A stretch of DNA of 64,000 bases from Macrostomum lignano (GCA_002269645.1 NIVC01001393.1:62001-126000), one strand, 5' to 3'; positions 1-13,079 are shown, counted from the first letter of the stretch. A program made the numbers and translations. The notes: generated by a model from the sequence alone, not told the origin.

Positions 1-850
1 GCTCAAGCTTAAGGAGTTTGTGCTCAAGCTTAAGGAGTTTGTGCTCAAGCTTATGGAGTTTGTGCTCAAGCTTATGGAGTTTGTGCTCAAGCTTAAGGAG
101 TTTGTGCTCAAGCTTAAGGAGTTTGTGCTCAAGCTTAAGGAGTTTGTGCTCAAGCTTAAGGGGTTTGTGCTCAAGCTTATGGAGTTTGTGCTCAAGCTTA
201 AGGAGTTTGTGCTCAAGCTTATGGAGTTTGTGCTCAAGCTTATGGAGTTTGTGCTCAAGCTTAAGGAGTTTGTGCTCAAGCTTAAGGAGTTTGTGCTCAA
301 GCTTAAGGAGTTTGTGCTCAAGCTTAAGGGGTTTGTGCTCAAGCTTATGGAGTTTGTGCTCAAGCTTAAGGAGTTTGTGCTCAAGCTTATGGAGTTTGTG
401 CTCAAGCTTATGGAGTTTGTGCTCAAGCTTAAGGAGTTTGTGCTCAAGCTTAAGGAGTTTGTGCTCAAGCTTAAGGGGTTTGTGCTCAAGCTTAAGGGGT
501 TTGTGCTCAAGCTTAAGGGGTTTGTGCTCAAGCTTATGGAGTTTGTGCTCAAGCTTAAGGGGTTTGTGCTCAAGCTTAAGGGGTTTGTGCTCAAGCTTAT
601 GGAGTTTGTGCTCAAGCTTAAGGAGTTTGTGCTCAAGCTTATGGAGTTTGTGCTCAAGCTTATGGAGTTTGTGCTCAAGCTTATGGAGTTTGTGCTCAAG
701 CTTAAGGGGTTTGTGCTCAAGCTTAAGGAGTTTGTGCTCAAGCTTATGGAGTTTGTGCTCAAGCTTAAGGAGTTTGTGCTCAAGCTTATGGAGTTTGTGC
801 TCAAGCTTAAGGAGTTTGTGCTCAAGCTTAAAGAACTTGTTGTCAAGCTT
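1..850. repeat. 21-bp tandem minisatellite (GAGTTTGTGCTCAAGCTTAAG and variants), about 40 copies, runs off the window start
   Basis: Direct periodicity; variants TAAGGA/TATGGA/TAAGGG; explains the spurious ORFs 18..887 and 20..874. Confidence 0.97.
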
Positions 851-1879
851 AAAGGGGTTAATGGTGAATCTTGAAAGTTTATGGTGAAGTTTTGTGTCTT
901 TATAAAGAAGTTGCAATGTCTCAAAAATTTAAATAGATTTGTGAGGCAGCTTAAAATATTTCTAAAAGCAGGTGTCCCATTGGTCTTTTTCTGAGCATAC
1001 AGAAAATATCTCTCTTTTTCCAAAAGAAAACTCTCAACAAAAGGCAAAATCTCAGGCTCGCGTCTTCTGCCTTTGTGCCCGCCCGCGGCTCGGGGTGATA
1101 ATTATGCATATAGAAGAAAGTTTTGGCCCATCCCGTTCCGGTCAGCCGCCGATCTATAATGGGAGAGCCGCGGAGAGACAGTCAGCTAGCAGAACAAAAC
1201 CGGGGGAAGTTATCAATTGCGAGTCTTGATTATAGGGGGGGACAGAAAACCTGTTTATGCAAGAAGGCAGGCGGCGGCGGCATTCCTGCTTAAATCTCGG
1301 AGCGAGGGCTCGCGTTGAGACCCGTTAATCATGGACGGCGCACCACCCCCCTCACAGCACACCTGGTTCGGCTTGGGATATGTGAGCAGAATTCAACTCA
1401 ATTTTCCGCCTGACTGCCCGAGAACAGAACAGAGAGATAGGGCGACTTAGAGTTAGGGGGGGGGGGTGGAGGGGAAGAGACGAAGGCCCGAGTTTTCCCC
1501 ATCTATATTTTTTCTACTTCCCATTTCTTAGAAATCCCCGCTTGCCTGTTCCCCGCCAGCTGAGCCCAGGGAGGGAGGAAGGGAGATGGAGGAGCCGGGG
1601 GGGACTCGAGTGCCGCGGCAGGGTAATTACCCCACCCCCCCCCAACTGCTTCGCCGGTTTCAAAGCAGCAGCTAACTAGAGCCATGAAAAGCCTAAGTCA
1701 AGAAGTGACGGCTTGAGGCCTGGGGGTTCCCCACTTTCAGACAACTTTAGGCTGGACTGCGGGTCTTTCAGTTTTTTCATCATACACAAAAGATGGGGCC
1801 GAGCTTCTGAGAATTGGGCGAATTTTAAGGATTAATAAATTTTCTCCATACTTGAGCAACAGTTTTAGTATTTGAGGAC

Positions 1880-3890
1880 CCCAGTTTAGCTACGCAGGCA
1901 CTCAGTTTAGTGTCATCAGGGCACCCAGTTTAGTGTCATCAGGGCACCCAGTTTAGTGTCATCAGGGCACCCAGTTTAGTGTCATCAGGGCACCCAGTTT
2001 AGTGTCATCTGGGCACCCAGTTTAGTGTCATCTGGGCACCCAGTTTAGTGTCATCAGGGCACCCAGTTTAGTGTCATCAGGGCACCCAGTTTAGTGTCAT
2101 CAGGGCACCCAGTTTAGTGTCATCAGGGCACCCAGTTTAGTGTCATCTGGGCACCCAGTTTAGTGTCATCTGGGCACCCAGTTTAGTGTCATCTGGGCAC
2201 CCAGTTTAGTGTCATCAGGGCACCCAGTTTAGTGTCATCAGGGCACCCAGTTTAGTGTCATCAGGGCACCCAGTTTAGTGTCATCTGGGCACCCAGTTTA
2301 GTGTCATGAGGGCACTCAGTTTAGCGCCACAGGGCACTCAGTTTAGTGTCATGAGGGCACTCAGTTTAGCGTCATGAGGGCACCCAGTTTAGTGTCATCT
2401 GGGCACCCAGTTTAGTGTCATGAGGGCACCCAGTTTAGTGTCATGAGGGCACCCAGTTTAGTGTCATGAGGGCACCCAGTTTAGTGTCATGAAGGCACTC
2501 GGTTTAGCGCCACAGGGCACTCAGTTTAGCGCCACAGGGCACTCAGTTTAGTGTCATCTGGGCACCCAGTTTAGTGTCATGAAGGCACTCAGTTTAGTGT
2601 CATGACGGCACTCAGTTTAGTGTCATGAAGGCACTCAGTTTAGCGCCACAGGGCACTCAGTTTAGCGCCACAGGGCACTCAGTTTAGCGCCACAGGGCAC
2701 TCAGTTTAGTGTCATCTGGGCACCCAGTTTAGTGTCATCAGGGCACCCAGTTTAGTGTCATCTGGGCACCCAGTTTAGTGTCATCTGGGCACCCAGTTTA
2801 GTGTCATCTGGGCACCCAGTTTAGTGTCATCTGGGCACCCAGTTTAGTGTCATGAAGGCACTCAGTTTAGCGCCACAGGGCACTCAGTTTAGTGTCATGA
2901 GGGCACCCAGTTTAGTGTCATGAAGGCACTCGGTTTAGCGCCACAGGGCACTCAGTTTAGCGCCACAGGGCACTCAGTTTAGTGTCATCAGGGCACCCAG
3001 TTTAGTGTCATCTGGGCACCCAGTTTAGTGTCATCTGGGCACCCAGTTTAGTGTCATCAGGGCACCCAGTTTAGTGTCATCTGGGCACCCAGTTTAGTGT
3101 CATCTGGGCACCCAGTTTAGTGTCATCTGGGCACCCAGTTTAGTGTCATGAGGGCACTCAGTTTAGTGTCATGAGGGCACTCAGTTTAGCGCCACAGGGC
3201 ACTCAGTTTAGCGCCACAGGGCACTCAGTTTAGTGTCATGAGGGCACTCAGTTTAGCGCCACAGGGCACTCAGTTTAGTGTCATGACGGCACTCAGTTTA
3301 GTGTCATGAGGGCACTCAGTTTAGCGCCACAGGGCACTCAGTTTAGTGTCATGACGGCACTCAGTTTAGTGTCATGAGGGCACTCAGTTTAGTGTCATGA
3401 CGGCACTCAGTTTAGCGCCACAGGGCACTCAGTTTAGTGTCATGAGGGCACTCAGTTTAGCGCCACAGGGCACTCAGTTTAGTGTCATGACGGCACTCAG
3501 TTTAGTGTCATGACGGCACTCAGTTTAGTGTCATGAGGGCACTCAGTTTAGCGCCACAGGGCACTCAGTTTAGTGTCATGACGGCACTCAGTTTAGTGTC
3601 ATGACGGCACCCAGTTTAGTGTCATGACGGCACTCAGTTTAGTGTCATGAGGGCACTCAGTTTAGCGCCACAGGGCACTCAGTTTAGTGTCATGAGGGCA
3701 CCCAGTTTAGTGTCATGACGGCACTCAGTTTAGTGTCATGAGGGCACTCAGTTTAGCGCCACAGGGCACTCAGTTTAGTGTCATGACGGCACTCAGTTTA
3801 GTGTCATGACGGCACTCAGTTTAGTGTCATTAGGGCACTCAGTTTAGCGCCACAGGGCACTCAGTTTAGCGCCACAGGGCACTCAGTTTA
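1880..3890. repeat. 22/23-bp tandem minisatellite (CAGTTTAGTGTCATCAGGGCACC / CAGTTTAGCGCCACAGGGCACT)
   Basis: Direct periodicity with two interleaved unit types; degenerate copies recur at about 4660-4775. Confidence 0.97.
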
Positions 3891-4789
3891 AACCAACTCT
3901 CAGAAACTCGCCTATGTTTTGCGTGCAAACTACTTCAAGAAGTACTACTGCAAGAAGTAAAATCTTGCAAGCAGCCCTGAAAATGCGGATCAAGGCAGCA
4001 GTCACGGCAAGGCCTCTGGACTGGCACAGAATCTCACGCAAAACTCTCAGTTTATACACAATAGACCATCGAGTTATTCCCATTTGATAGCTGAATAAAT
4101 TATATTTATATATATTTCCCAGTGTTTCCCCGAGTGCCTAATGAGCTGATGAAGACAGCGCGGAGCTGGGCTAAAACTTCCCGACTCCATGGATCTAAGA
4201 GCTCCTTGATTGCGGCCAGGGCACCTCGCTGGCAGCCAGACCATGCAGCTCCATGTAAATCCTAACGAGCTGGACAATGTAAAACAAGTGGGCGGAAGGA
4301 GAGAGAGAGAGAGACAGATAGAAAAGGATCGACCCTTTCTTTCTTAGAAATGGGCCCTCATTAACGCTCAACTCAGTGTCGCTGCCTCACCCCAATCAGT
4401 GCGCTCTGACGACTGGCAGCATGGATTAGCCATCATTTCTCTTGTAGCAACATCAGTTCCGGACAGCGAGGCCAATTTAAAGTGGGACTGCAAAGCGGCT
4501 GACTAACCAAGCCGGGAACCCGAAGCACAGGGGGACCGAGCCATGGATTTTTTTTGGCCGGCTAGTGGAGCCGGCAAAAATTCATATATAAATTTAGGGA
4601 ATTGGGGCGTTGGGCTAGCATTGATTTTTGTGCCATATATAACTGAAGCATATATTTTATTCAGTTTAGCGCCTCAGGCCTCTCCGTTTAGCGCCTCAGG
4701 TCGCTTAGTTTAGCGCCATATATAAGGCAACTCAGTTTAGCGCCATAGGGCAACTCAGTTTAGCGCCATAGGGGGCCCTCTTTCAGTCT

Positions 4790-5930
4790 CTCTTGCCCCT
4801 CCGTGTCATTCTGCTTCCCTGTCACTCTTCCCCCTCACTCTCCTCCCCCCTCCCCCTCCTCCCCTCTCACCCTCCTTCCCCCTCACTCTCCTCCCCCCTC
4901 ACCCTTAACCCCCTCACTCTCCGCCCCTTCACTCTCCTCCCCCCGTGTACTCTCCTCCCCTCCTCCCCCGTCACCCTCAACCCCCTCACTCTCCGCCCCC
5001 TCACTCTCCTCCCCCGTCACCCTCCTTCCCCGTCACTCTCCTCCCCCCGTCACTCTCCTCCCCTCCTCCCCCTCACTCTCCTCCCCCTCCCCCTCCTCCC
5101 CCGTCACCCTCAACCCCCTCACTCTCCGCCCCTCACTCTCCTCCCCCCTCCCCCTCCTCCCCCGTCACCCTCAACCCCCTCACTCTCCTCCCCCGTCACC
5201 CTCCTTCCCCGTCACCCTCCTTCCCCGTCACTCTCCTCCCCCCTCCCTCCCCCTCCTCCCCCTCACTCTCCTCCCCCTCACTCTCCTCCCCCTCACTCTC
5301 CTCCCCCTCACTCTCCTCCCCTCTCACCCTCCTTCCCCCTCACTCTCCTCCCCCTTTACCCTTAACCCCCTCACTCTCCGTCCCCTTCACTCTCCTCCCC
5401 TCCTCCCCCTCACTCTCCTCCCCCGTCACCCTCAACCCCCTCACTCTCCGCCCCCTCACTCTCCTCCCCCGTCACCCTCCTTCCCCGTCACCCTCCTTCC
5501 CCGTCACTCTCCTCCCCCCTCCCCTCGCCCTCCTCCCCCTCACTCTCCTCCCCTCTCACCCTCCTTCCCCCTCACTCTCCTCCCCCTCACTCTCCTCCCC
5601 CTCACCCTTAACCCCCTCACCCTCCTCCCCCCTCACCCTTAACCCCCTCACTCTCCGTCCCCTTCACTCTCCTCCCCTCCTCCCCCTCACTCTCCTCCCC
5701 CGTCACCCTTAACCCCCTCACTCTCCGCCCCCCTCACTCTCCTCCCCCGTCACCCTCCTTCCCCGTCACCCTCCTCCCCCTCACTCTCCTCCCCTCTCAC
5801 CCTCCTTCCCCCTCACTCTCCTCCCCCCTCACCCTTAACCCCCTCACTCTCCGTCCCCGTCACTCTCCTCCCCTCCCCCTCACTCTCCTCTCCCTCACCC
5901 TCCTTCCCCACCACCCTCCGTCGCCCCCGC
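4790..5930. repeat. C/T-rich low-complexity composite repeat (CCCCTCACTCTCCTC-type units)
   Basis: Almost pure pyrimidine strand; gives Pro/Ser/Leu pseudo-ORFs in all three frames. Confidence 0.93.
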
Positions 5931-6699
5931 TTCACTGCCCGCCCCAACCGATTGAATGAGAAGAGACGAGCACCGCAAGCGCGAATTTCGAATCAGATGA
6001 TGCCGAAAGCGACAAAGCAACTGGATTGCACATTTGCCAATTGGCATGAAAAATGTGGCGAAGTGAGAATTTGTTTTAATCGGGCATATTTATATTTAAA
6101 TATATTAACTTATTATGAATTGAAAGAAGCGATTCAAAGACTCTGAGGACTGCTATTAAGCGATTCGATCTGCAACAGTTATAACAAAATATTTACAAAC
6201 TAGTTTTTTTTTAAAAAGCAAAATGGCCAACCAATGCAATCGCAATTTCAATTAGTCTGCTTTTGTCAATTCTGTTTTGGAAGAGGAAGTTAATAAATAA
6301 ATTATTAAATTAGCAAAGCACGGGACAGAGACAATTGACTCTGCTGTTATTAGTAATTTTGCTCTGTCTGACAAGGCGTAATGGAAAGCACATTAACCGC
6401 GTGTTTAAACACCAAGGTCTAAAATTTGCAAAAGCAGAAGGCAATAAGCAGTTAGCAACATTGAAGGGCGGGGATATTAGAAGAAAAAAATTGGAAAACC
6501 CAACAAAACGTGAACAGATTGGGACAGGCAATGGCAACAGCAATTAGGAAGTCAGTACATTTATTTCCGGCAATTAAAGCAGCAAAATGGAACTGATTGA
6601 CGAGACTATTGCACAGAGGCAGCAAATGGGACTGAGTGGATGTAGGAACACATCGGAATAGAAAGAATTGTATCAGATAGAATTATATTTTTCGTGTGC

Positions 6700-7110
6700 C
6701 ATTATCCCAGCTGCAACTGGCCATAAACAGTGCCATTACTCAGCTGCAACTAGCCATAGACAGTGCCATTACCCCAGCCACAACTGGCCATAGACAGTGC
6801 CATTACTCAGCTGCAACTGGCCATAGACAGTGCCATAACTCAGCTGCAACTGGCCATAGACAGTGCCATTACTCAGCTGCAACTGACCATAGATACGAGT
6901 AGTGCCTTTACTCAGCTGCAACTGGCCATATGAAGTGCCTTTACTCAGCTGCAACTGACCATAGATAGTGCCATTACTAAGCTGCAACTGACCATAGATA
7001 CGAGTAGTGCCTTTACTCAGCTGCAACTGGCCATATGCAGTGCCATTACCCCAGCCACATCTGGCCATAGACAGTGCCATTACTCAGCTATAAGTGGCCA
7101 TAGACAATGT
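6700..7110. repeat. About 33-bp minisatellite (CAGCTGCAACTGGCCATAGACAGTGCCATTACT)
   Basis: About 12 imperfect tandem copies. Confidence 0.92.
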
Positions 7111-7814
7111 CATTAATTCAATTTTAATTCTAGAAACAATTCTATTACAAGATCTGATAAAAATTGATTCCAAAGCACTTATATTGACAAGTCCTAAAAT
7201 TAATTTAATACAAAAATCTAGCATTGCAAACCAATGAATCACACACATACACAAAAGGCGACAATGATAATTTCTATGCATACAGCAACGTGACATATGA
7301 ACATAAGTTGGAGGTTGGAGGATCTTAAAGCAATACGGCAGCAGACCCATTGGCCTGCAGGCGGATGCATTGAGACACATTGGAACAGCTCTATCTGATA
7401 AGATCCGATATAGATTTCAACTGTTAATGACAGTTACAAGATTAGTTAGAGAAGACAAATTGCTTCGATCGTCACCAAAAATGGAATGGTTGGTTTCGGA
7501 GATCTACACGACAAAAAGGTTGCATCATTAAGAAATATGGGAGGTATTTAAAGCATCAAGGGAGATGATAGGAAACAAGGAATTAAAAAAATAACCAAAG
7601 CAGCAATCAGAGTAAGCCAAAGAAAACCCGATTTAATAAAAACGTGCTAGCCATACTACTGACAGTGCAACAGCAGTAGGCAGATTGGAACATGCAAACT
7701 GGAATTTTATGTTGTTATTTTTGGTTCATCGCACAAATTACGGAGAAAAGAAAGTGAGGTGAATTGACGGGCCAAACCGGGATGGAGGGGGTTGAACCGG
7801 TGCCGGCAGCTGGG

Positions 7815-7906
7815 CTAGGACTGCTGGGCGGAGTCCGCCGACTCAGCAATAGGCAGCACAGTGAACCGGCCGACGTGGGTAGCGCAACCGGAGCCCCGTC
7901 TGGCGC
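7815..7906 (-). CDS. WNK: Probable terminal coding exon of the WNK kinase (xARRGSGCATHVGRFTVLPIAESADSAQQS*)
   Basis: Acceptor TGTACAG at 7907, phase 1 compatible with the upstream exon ending 13080; encodes GRFTV, an RFxV motif of the kind WNKs use to dock SPAK/OSR1; GC-rich island; TAG at 7817-7815. Confidence 0.6.
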
Positions 7907-8274
7907 CTGTACAATGCGGGGGCGGAGTATTGTAATTGCTACTTACAGTAGCGCTGCCATGATTTCTGAATAAACTGCAATCCGATAAAACAGAAAAAGT
8001 ACACCAAAATACAATAAATAAAGGACATATATAATAAGCAATTGGGTGAGGCTTGGTTTCATCTGATGAAGCTTATGTTGATTCTGTGAAAATTCTGCTT
8101 TGGAAACGAAACAATTCTTCAAAGAAGCAACAACGACATAAGCGGAATTAGGTAGACATTGGCTAAGTAGGTGGTTGGCTGCGGTAAATAAAGGAGAATC
8201 ATCACTTTAAGATTCATCACTTTTGCACCCCTGGATCTGCCTCTCGGCCCCACACTCCTTGAGAATCTCTCTCC

Positions 8275-9550
8275 CTTGAGGGATTGGGATTCTGGGATTG
8301 GGGATTGGGATTCTCGGATTCGGGTTTGGGATTCTGGGATTGGGGATTGGGATTCTCGGATTCGGGTTTGGGATTCTGGGATTGGGGATTGGGATTCTCG
8401 GATTCGGGTTTGGGATTCTCGGATTCGGGATTGGGATTCTCAGATTCGGGTTTGGGATTCTCAGATTCGGGATTGGGATTCTCGGATTCGGGATTGGGAT
8501 TCTCAGATTCGGATCCGGATTCTCAGATTCGGGATTGGGATTCTCAGATTCGGGATTGGGATTCTCAGATTCGGGATTGGGATTCTCGGATTCGGGTTTG
8601 GGATTCTCAGATTCGGGATTGGGATTCTCAGATTTGGCATTGGGATTCTCAGATTCGGATCCGGATTCTCAGATTCGGATCCGGATTCTCAGATTCGGGA
8701 TTGGGATTCTCATGTTTCGGATCCGGATTCTCGGATTCGGGTTTGGGATTCTCGGATTCGGGTTTGGGATTCTCAGATTCGGGATTGGGATTCTCAGATT
8801 CGGGATTGGGATTCTCAGATTCGGATCCGGATTCTCAGATTCGGGATTGGGATTCTCAGATTCGGCATTGGGATTCTCAGATTCGGATCCGGATTCTCAG
8901 ATTCGGGATTGGGATTCTCATGTTTCGGATCCGGATTATCGGATTCGGGTTTGGGATTCTCGGATTCGGGTTTGGGATTCTCAGATTCGGGTTTGGGATT
9001 CTCGGATTCGGGATTGGGATTCTCAGATTCGGGATTGGGATTCTCATGTTTCGGATCCGGATTCTCGGATTCGGGTTTGGGATTCTCGGATTCGGGTTTG
9101 GGATTCTGGGATTCGGGATTGGGATTCTCGGATTCGGGTTTGGGATTCTCAGATTCGGGTTTGGAATTCTCAGATTCGGGTTTGGGATTCTCGGATTCGG
9201 GATTGGGATTCTCGGATTCGGGTTTGGGATTCTCAGATTCGGGTTTGGAATTCTCAGATTCGGGTTTGGGATTCTCGGATTCGGGTTTGGGATTCTGGGA
9301 CTCGGGATTGGGATTCTCAGATTCGGGATTGGGATTCTCATGTTTGGGATTGGGATTCTCAGATTTGGGATTGGGATTCTCAGATTTGGGATTGGGATTC
9401 TCAGATTTGGGATTGGGATTCTCAGATTTGGGATTGGGATTCTCAGATTTGGGATTGGGATTCTCAGATTTGGGATTGGGATTCTCAGATTTGGGATTGG
9501 GATTCTCAGATTCGGGATTGGGATTCTCATGTTTGGGATCCGGATTCTTA
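8275..9550. repeat. 21-bp GGGATT-based minisatellite (GGGATTCTCAGATTCGGGATT)
   Basis: Direct periodicity; explains ORFs 8276..9592, 8284..9582, 8298..9551 and 8877..9530. Confidence 0.96.
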
Positions 9551-9833
9551 GATCACAAAATCACAAAACATGGGGTAGCTAAATTTACATAAACTTATTA
9601 ACAATAGGCTAAGCATGCCAAATAAAATATTGCCTTTTTAATTAGCCAATACTTTAAATAAATCAACAAAAACGCTTTTTATAGCAGCGACTGAAAAATT
9701 GAAAAAGCAACTGCCCCAATCCGAGTAACAATACCTAGGCAACGTGAGCAAACCCAAAAAAGTCTCCGAGATGAAATCAGAGCAAAAAAACAGCCAGTGC
9801 TCAGGCCCTTAATCCTACGCATTTTTTTTCATT

Positions 9834-9901
9834 TCAAGAGTCGGTAGACGGCGGAACTCTCGTCAGGCGCGTCGGTCGAACGGCCGCTGCCCCAGTTCCG
9901 C
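9834..9901 (-). CDS. WNK: Candidate alternative or cassette 3' exon of WNK (GGTGAAAVRPTRLTRVPPSTDS*)
   Basis: Long pyrimidine tract plus TTGCAG acceptor at 9902; GC-rich island; in phase 1 it reads 22 codons to TGA at 9836-9834. Confidence 0.35.
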
Positions 9902-10204
9902 CTGCAAGCGACGCGTTGAAAGGAAAAACAATAATAAAAACACCAAGCCTACCGATATGTATCGAAAAAACTGTTTCCGTAGCATTTTTTGTTTCAAATT
10001 CTAATCAAAGTCTAAGTCTAATAAACCAAAAGTTTCTCCATGTTTCACCTTTTCAGAAAAAAGCTGGTTTCTTAGAAACTGTAGCGACTTTCTAAGAAAA
10101 AGTTATATTTTTAAACACTGTGACTGTGATTCCATTACTCCGGGGAATAACAGCAAAATGAAATTATTTACAAAATGCCAACTACCTGAAAATAAAAACA
10201 ATTT

Positions 10205-11066
10205 TCAACCATCCACGGGAGTGATTCTCAACCATCCACGGGAGTGATTCTCAACCATCCACGGGAGTGATTCTCAACCATACACGGGAGTGATTCTCAA
10301 CCATACACCGGAGTGATTCTCAACCATACACGGGAGTGATTCTCAACCATACACGGGAGTGATTCTCAACCATACACGGGAGTGATTCTCAACCATACAC
10401 GGGAGTGATTCTCAACCATACACGGGAGTGATTCTCAACCATACACGGGAGTGATTCTCAACCATACACGGGAGTGATTCTCAACCATACACGGGAGTGA
10501 TTCTCAACCATACACGGGAGTGATTCTCAACCATACACGGGAGTGATTCTCAACCATACACGGGAGTGATTCTCAACCATACACGGGAGTGATTCTCAGC
10601 CATACACCAGAGTGATTCTCAACCATACACCGGAGTGATTCTCAACCATACACGGGAGTGATTCTCAACCATACACGGGAGTGATTCTCAACCATACACG
10701 GGAGTGAGTCTCAACCATACACGGGAGTGATTCTCAACCATACACGGGAGTGATTCTCAACCATACACGGGAGTGATTCTCAGCCATACACCAGAGTGAT
10801 TCTCAACCATACATGGGAGTGATTCTCAGCCATACACCAAAGTGATTCTCAACCATACACCAGAGTGATTCTCAGCCATACACCGGAGTGATTCTCAACC
10901 ATACACCGGAGTGATTCTCAACCATACACGGGAGTGATTCTCAAACATACACGGGAGTGATTCTCAGCCATACACCGGAGTGATTCTCAACCATACACCG
11001 GAGTGATTCTCAACCATACACGGGAGTGATTCTCAAACATACATGGGAGTGATTCTCAACCATACA
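10205..11066. repeat. 23-bp minisatellite (CAACCATACACGGGAGTGATTCT)
   Basis: About 37 near-identical tandem copies. Confidence 0.97.
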
Positions 11067-11554
11067 GCAATTCTCTTTAAACTGTTCAATAATCAGGTGT
11101 CAGCATAGAATTAGCCAGTATTCATAGTGTCCAATGGGCACCACTTCATTTTAAGTATCTTTTAATACGCTCTGATACAGTGGCTGCATGAGAAACACAC
11201 TAAAGGCAATGCTTACTTATGACATGCAAAGTTATGCTTATTAATTTACTAAAACTACTAAAACGGTGTACCATGCAAATCTACTACGGGATATACACAA
11301 AATACCATAAATCTAGGCAAAATATAAATGCCTGTATAATGCATCATATACTACTAAGTAGGCAATTAAGTGCATTCGAGTGCATTGCTGTCATCACACG
11401 TTCATGCTGCTGTCATTAGCTCGTAGCAATAAAAGACCACGCACAAATCTAGCATTCTAGATTGTTGGTAACCATGGATACCGAGGCTTTTAAGAAGTTT
11501 TTGTACTTTAGGGACCAATGTTTCACAATGACAACCAACGGTGAATCTAAGGAA

Positions 11555-12915
11555 ATCCCTGCCGCTAAAGGAATTCTATTCAAGAGATATGTTTGTTGCT
11601 ATCCAAGGGAAACCCCAGTTTGTAATAGTATAAAAAGTCCCTGTTGCTAAGAGATAGTAGTATCCAAGGTGAGTTCCTGTTGCTAAGAGATAGTAGTATC
11701 CAAGGTGAGTCCCTGTTGCTAAGAGATAGTAGTATCCAAGGTGAGTTCCTGTTGCTAAGAGATAGTAGTATCCAAGGTGAGTTCCTGTTGCTAAGAGATA
11801 GTAGTATCCAAGGTGAGTTCCTGTTGCTAAGAGAGAGTAGTATCCAAGGTGAGTTCCTGTTGCTAAGAGATAGTAGTATCCAAGGTGAGTTCCTGTTGCT
11901 AAGAGATAGTAGTATCCAAGGTGAGTTCCTGTTGCTAAGAGATAGTAGTATCCAAGGTGAGTTCCTGTTGCTAAGAGATAGTAGTATCCAAGGTGAGTTC
12001 CTGTTGCTAAGAGAGAGTAGTATCCAAGGTGAGTCCCTGTTGCTAAGAGATAGTAGTATCCAAGGTGAGTTCCTGTTGCTAAGAGAGAGTAGTATCCAAG
12101 GTGAGTTCCTGTTGCTAAGAGAGAGTAGTATCCAAGGTGAGTTCCTGTTGCTAAGAGATAGTAGTATCCAAGGTGAGTTCCTGTTGCTAAGAGATAGTAG
12201 TATCCAAGGTGAGTTCCTGTTGCTAAGAGAGAGTAGTATCCAAGGTGAGTTCCTGTTGCTAAGAGATAGTAGTATCCAAGGTGAGTTCCTGTTGCTAAGA
12301 GAGAGTAGTATCCAAGGGAAACTCCTGTTGCTAAGAGAGAGTAGTATCCAAGGGAAATCTATGTTGCTAAGAGAGAGAATAGTATCCAAAGGAATTTTCT
12401 GTCTCTAAGCGATACTGGTATCTAAGGAAAGCTAAATCCCTGTTGCTAAATGTTATTAGTATTCGAGGGAAATCCCTGTTGCTAAGTAATATTAGTATCC
12501 AAGGCAATTCTCTCTTGCTAAGTGATATTAGTATCCAAGGGAAATCCTTGTTGCTAAGAGATAGTAGCATCCAAGGGAAATCCCTGTTGCGAATTGATAT
12601 TATTATCCAAGGGAAATCCTATTTGCTAAGAGATAGTAGCACCCAAGGGAAATCCCTGTTGCTAAGTGATATTAGTATCCAAGGGAAATCCCTGTTGCTA
12701 AGTGATATTAGTATCCAAGGGAAATCCCTGTTGCTAAGTGATATTAGTATCCAAGGGAAATCCCTGCTGCTAAGTGATGTCAGTATCCAAGGGAAATCCC
12801 TGTTGCTGAGAGAGTAGTATCCGAGGTAAATCCCTGCTGCTAAGTGATATCAGTATCCAAGGGAAATCCCTGCTGCTAAGTGATATCAGTATCCAAGGGA
12901 AATCCCTGTTGCAAT
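11555..12915. repeat. 36-bp minisatellite (CCTGTTGCTAAGAGATAGTAGTATCCAAGGTGAGTT) with diverged flanks
   Basis: Direct periodicity; homogenised core about 11640-12310; explains ORFs 11580..12389 and 11644..12408. Confidence 0.96.
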
Positions 12916-13079
12916 GCTGCTAAGACATTAGGAACGAAATAAATCGGTAGTATGATTGCACCAGTTATTGATGGCATGGGCATGAAACTAAACTACACTA
13001 CAAAAGCAAAATATTAACAAACTGGCATGCCTGCTATGAAACAGAGGGCAAGAATCTCTATATAAAATTTGAGATATAC

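Noticed and set aside
18-887. Long ORFs 18..887 and 20..874 (CSSLRSL / LKLKEFV repeats)
   Set aside because: Translation of a stop-free 21-bp tandem repeat in several frames; no splice context or domain
1900-3130. Hammerhead-like CUGAUGA motif on the minus strand of the 23-bp satellite (CCCTGATGACACTAAAC)
   Set aside because: Followed by UAAAC, not GAAAC (catalytic G12 missing), and no stem II/III can be drawn
4793-5712. Extensin-like Pro-rich ORFs
   Set aside because: All three frames are open because the strand is C/T-only low complexity
8276-9592. 400-aa ORFs in all frames (RDWDS/GFGIL)
   Set aside because: 21-bp minisatellite artefact within a WNK intron or 3' region
11580-12817. ORFs of LLLRDSSIQGEF / WILLSLSNRNSP repeats
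   Set aside because: 36-bp tandem repeat
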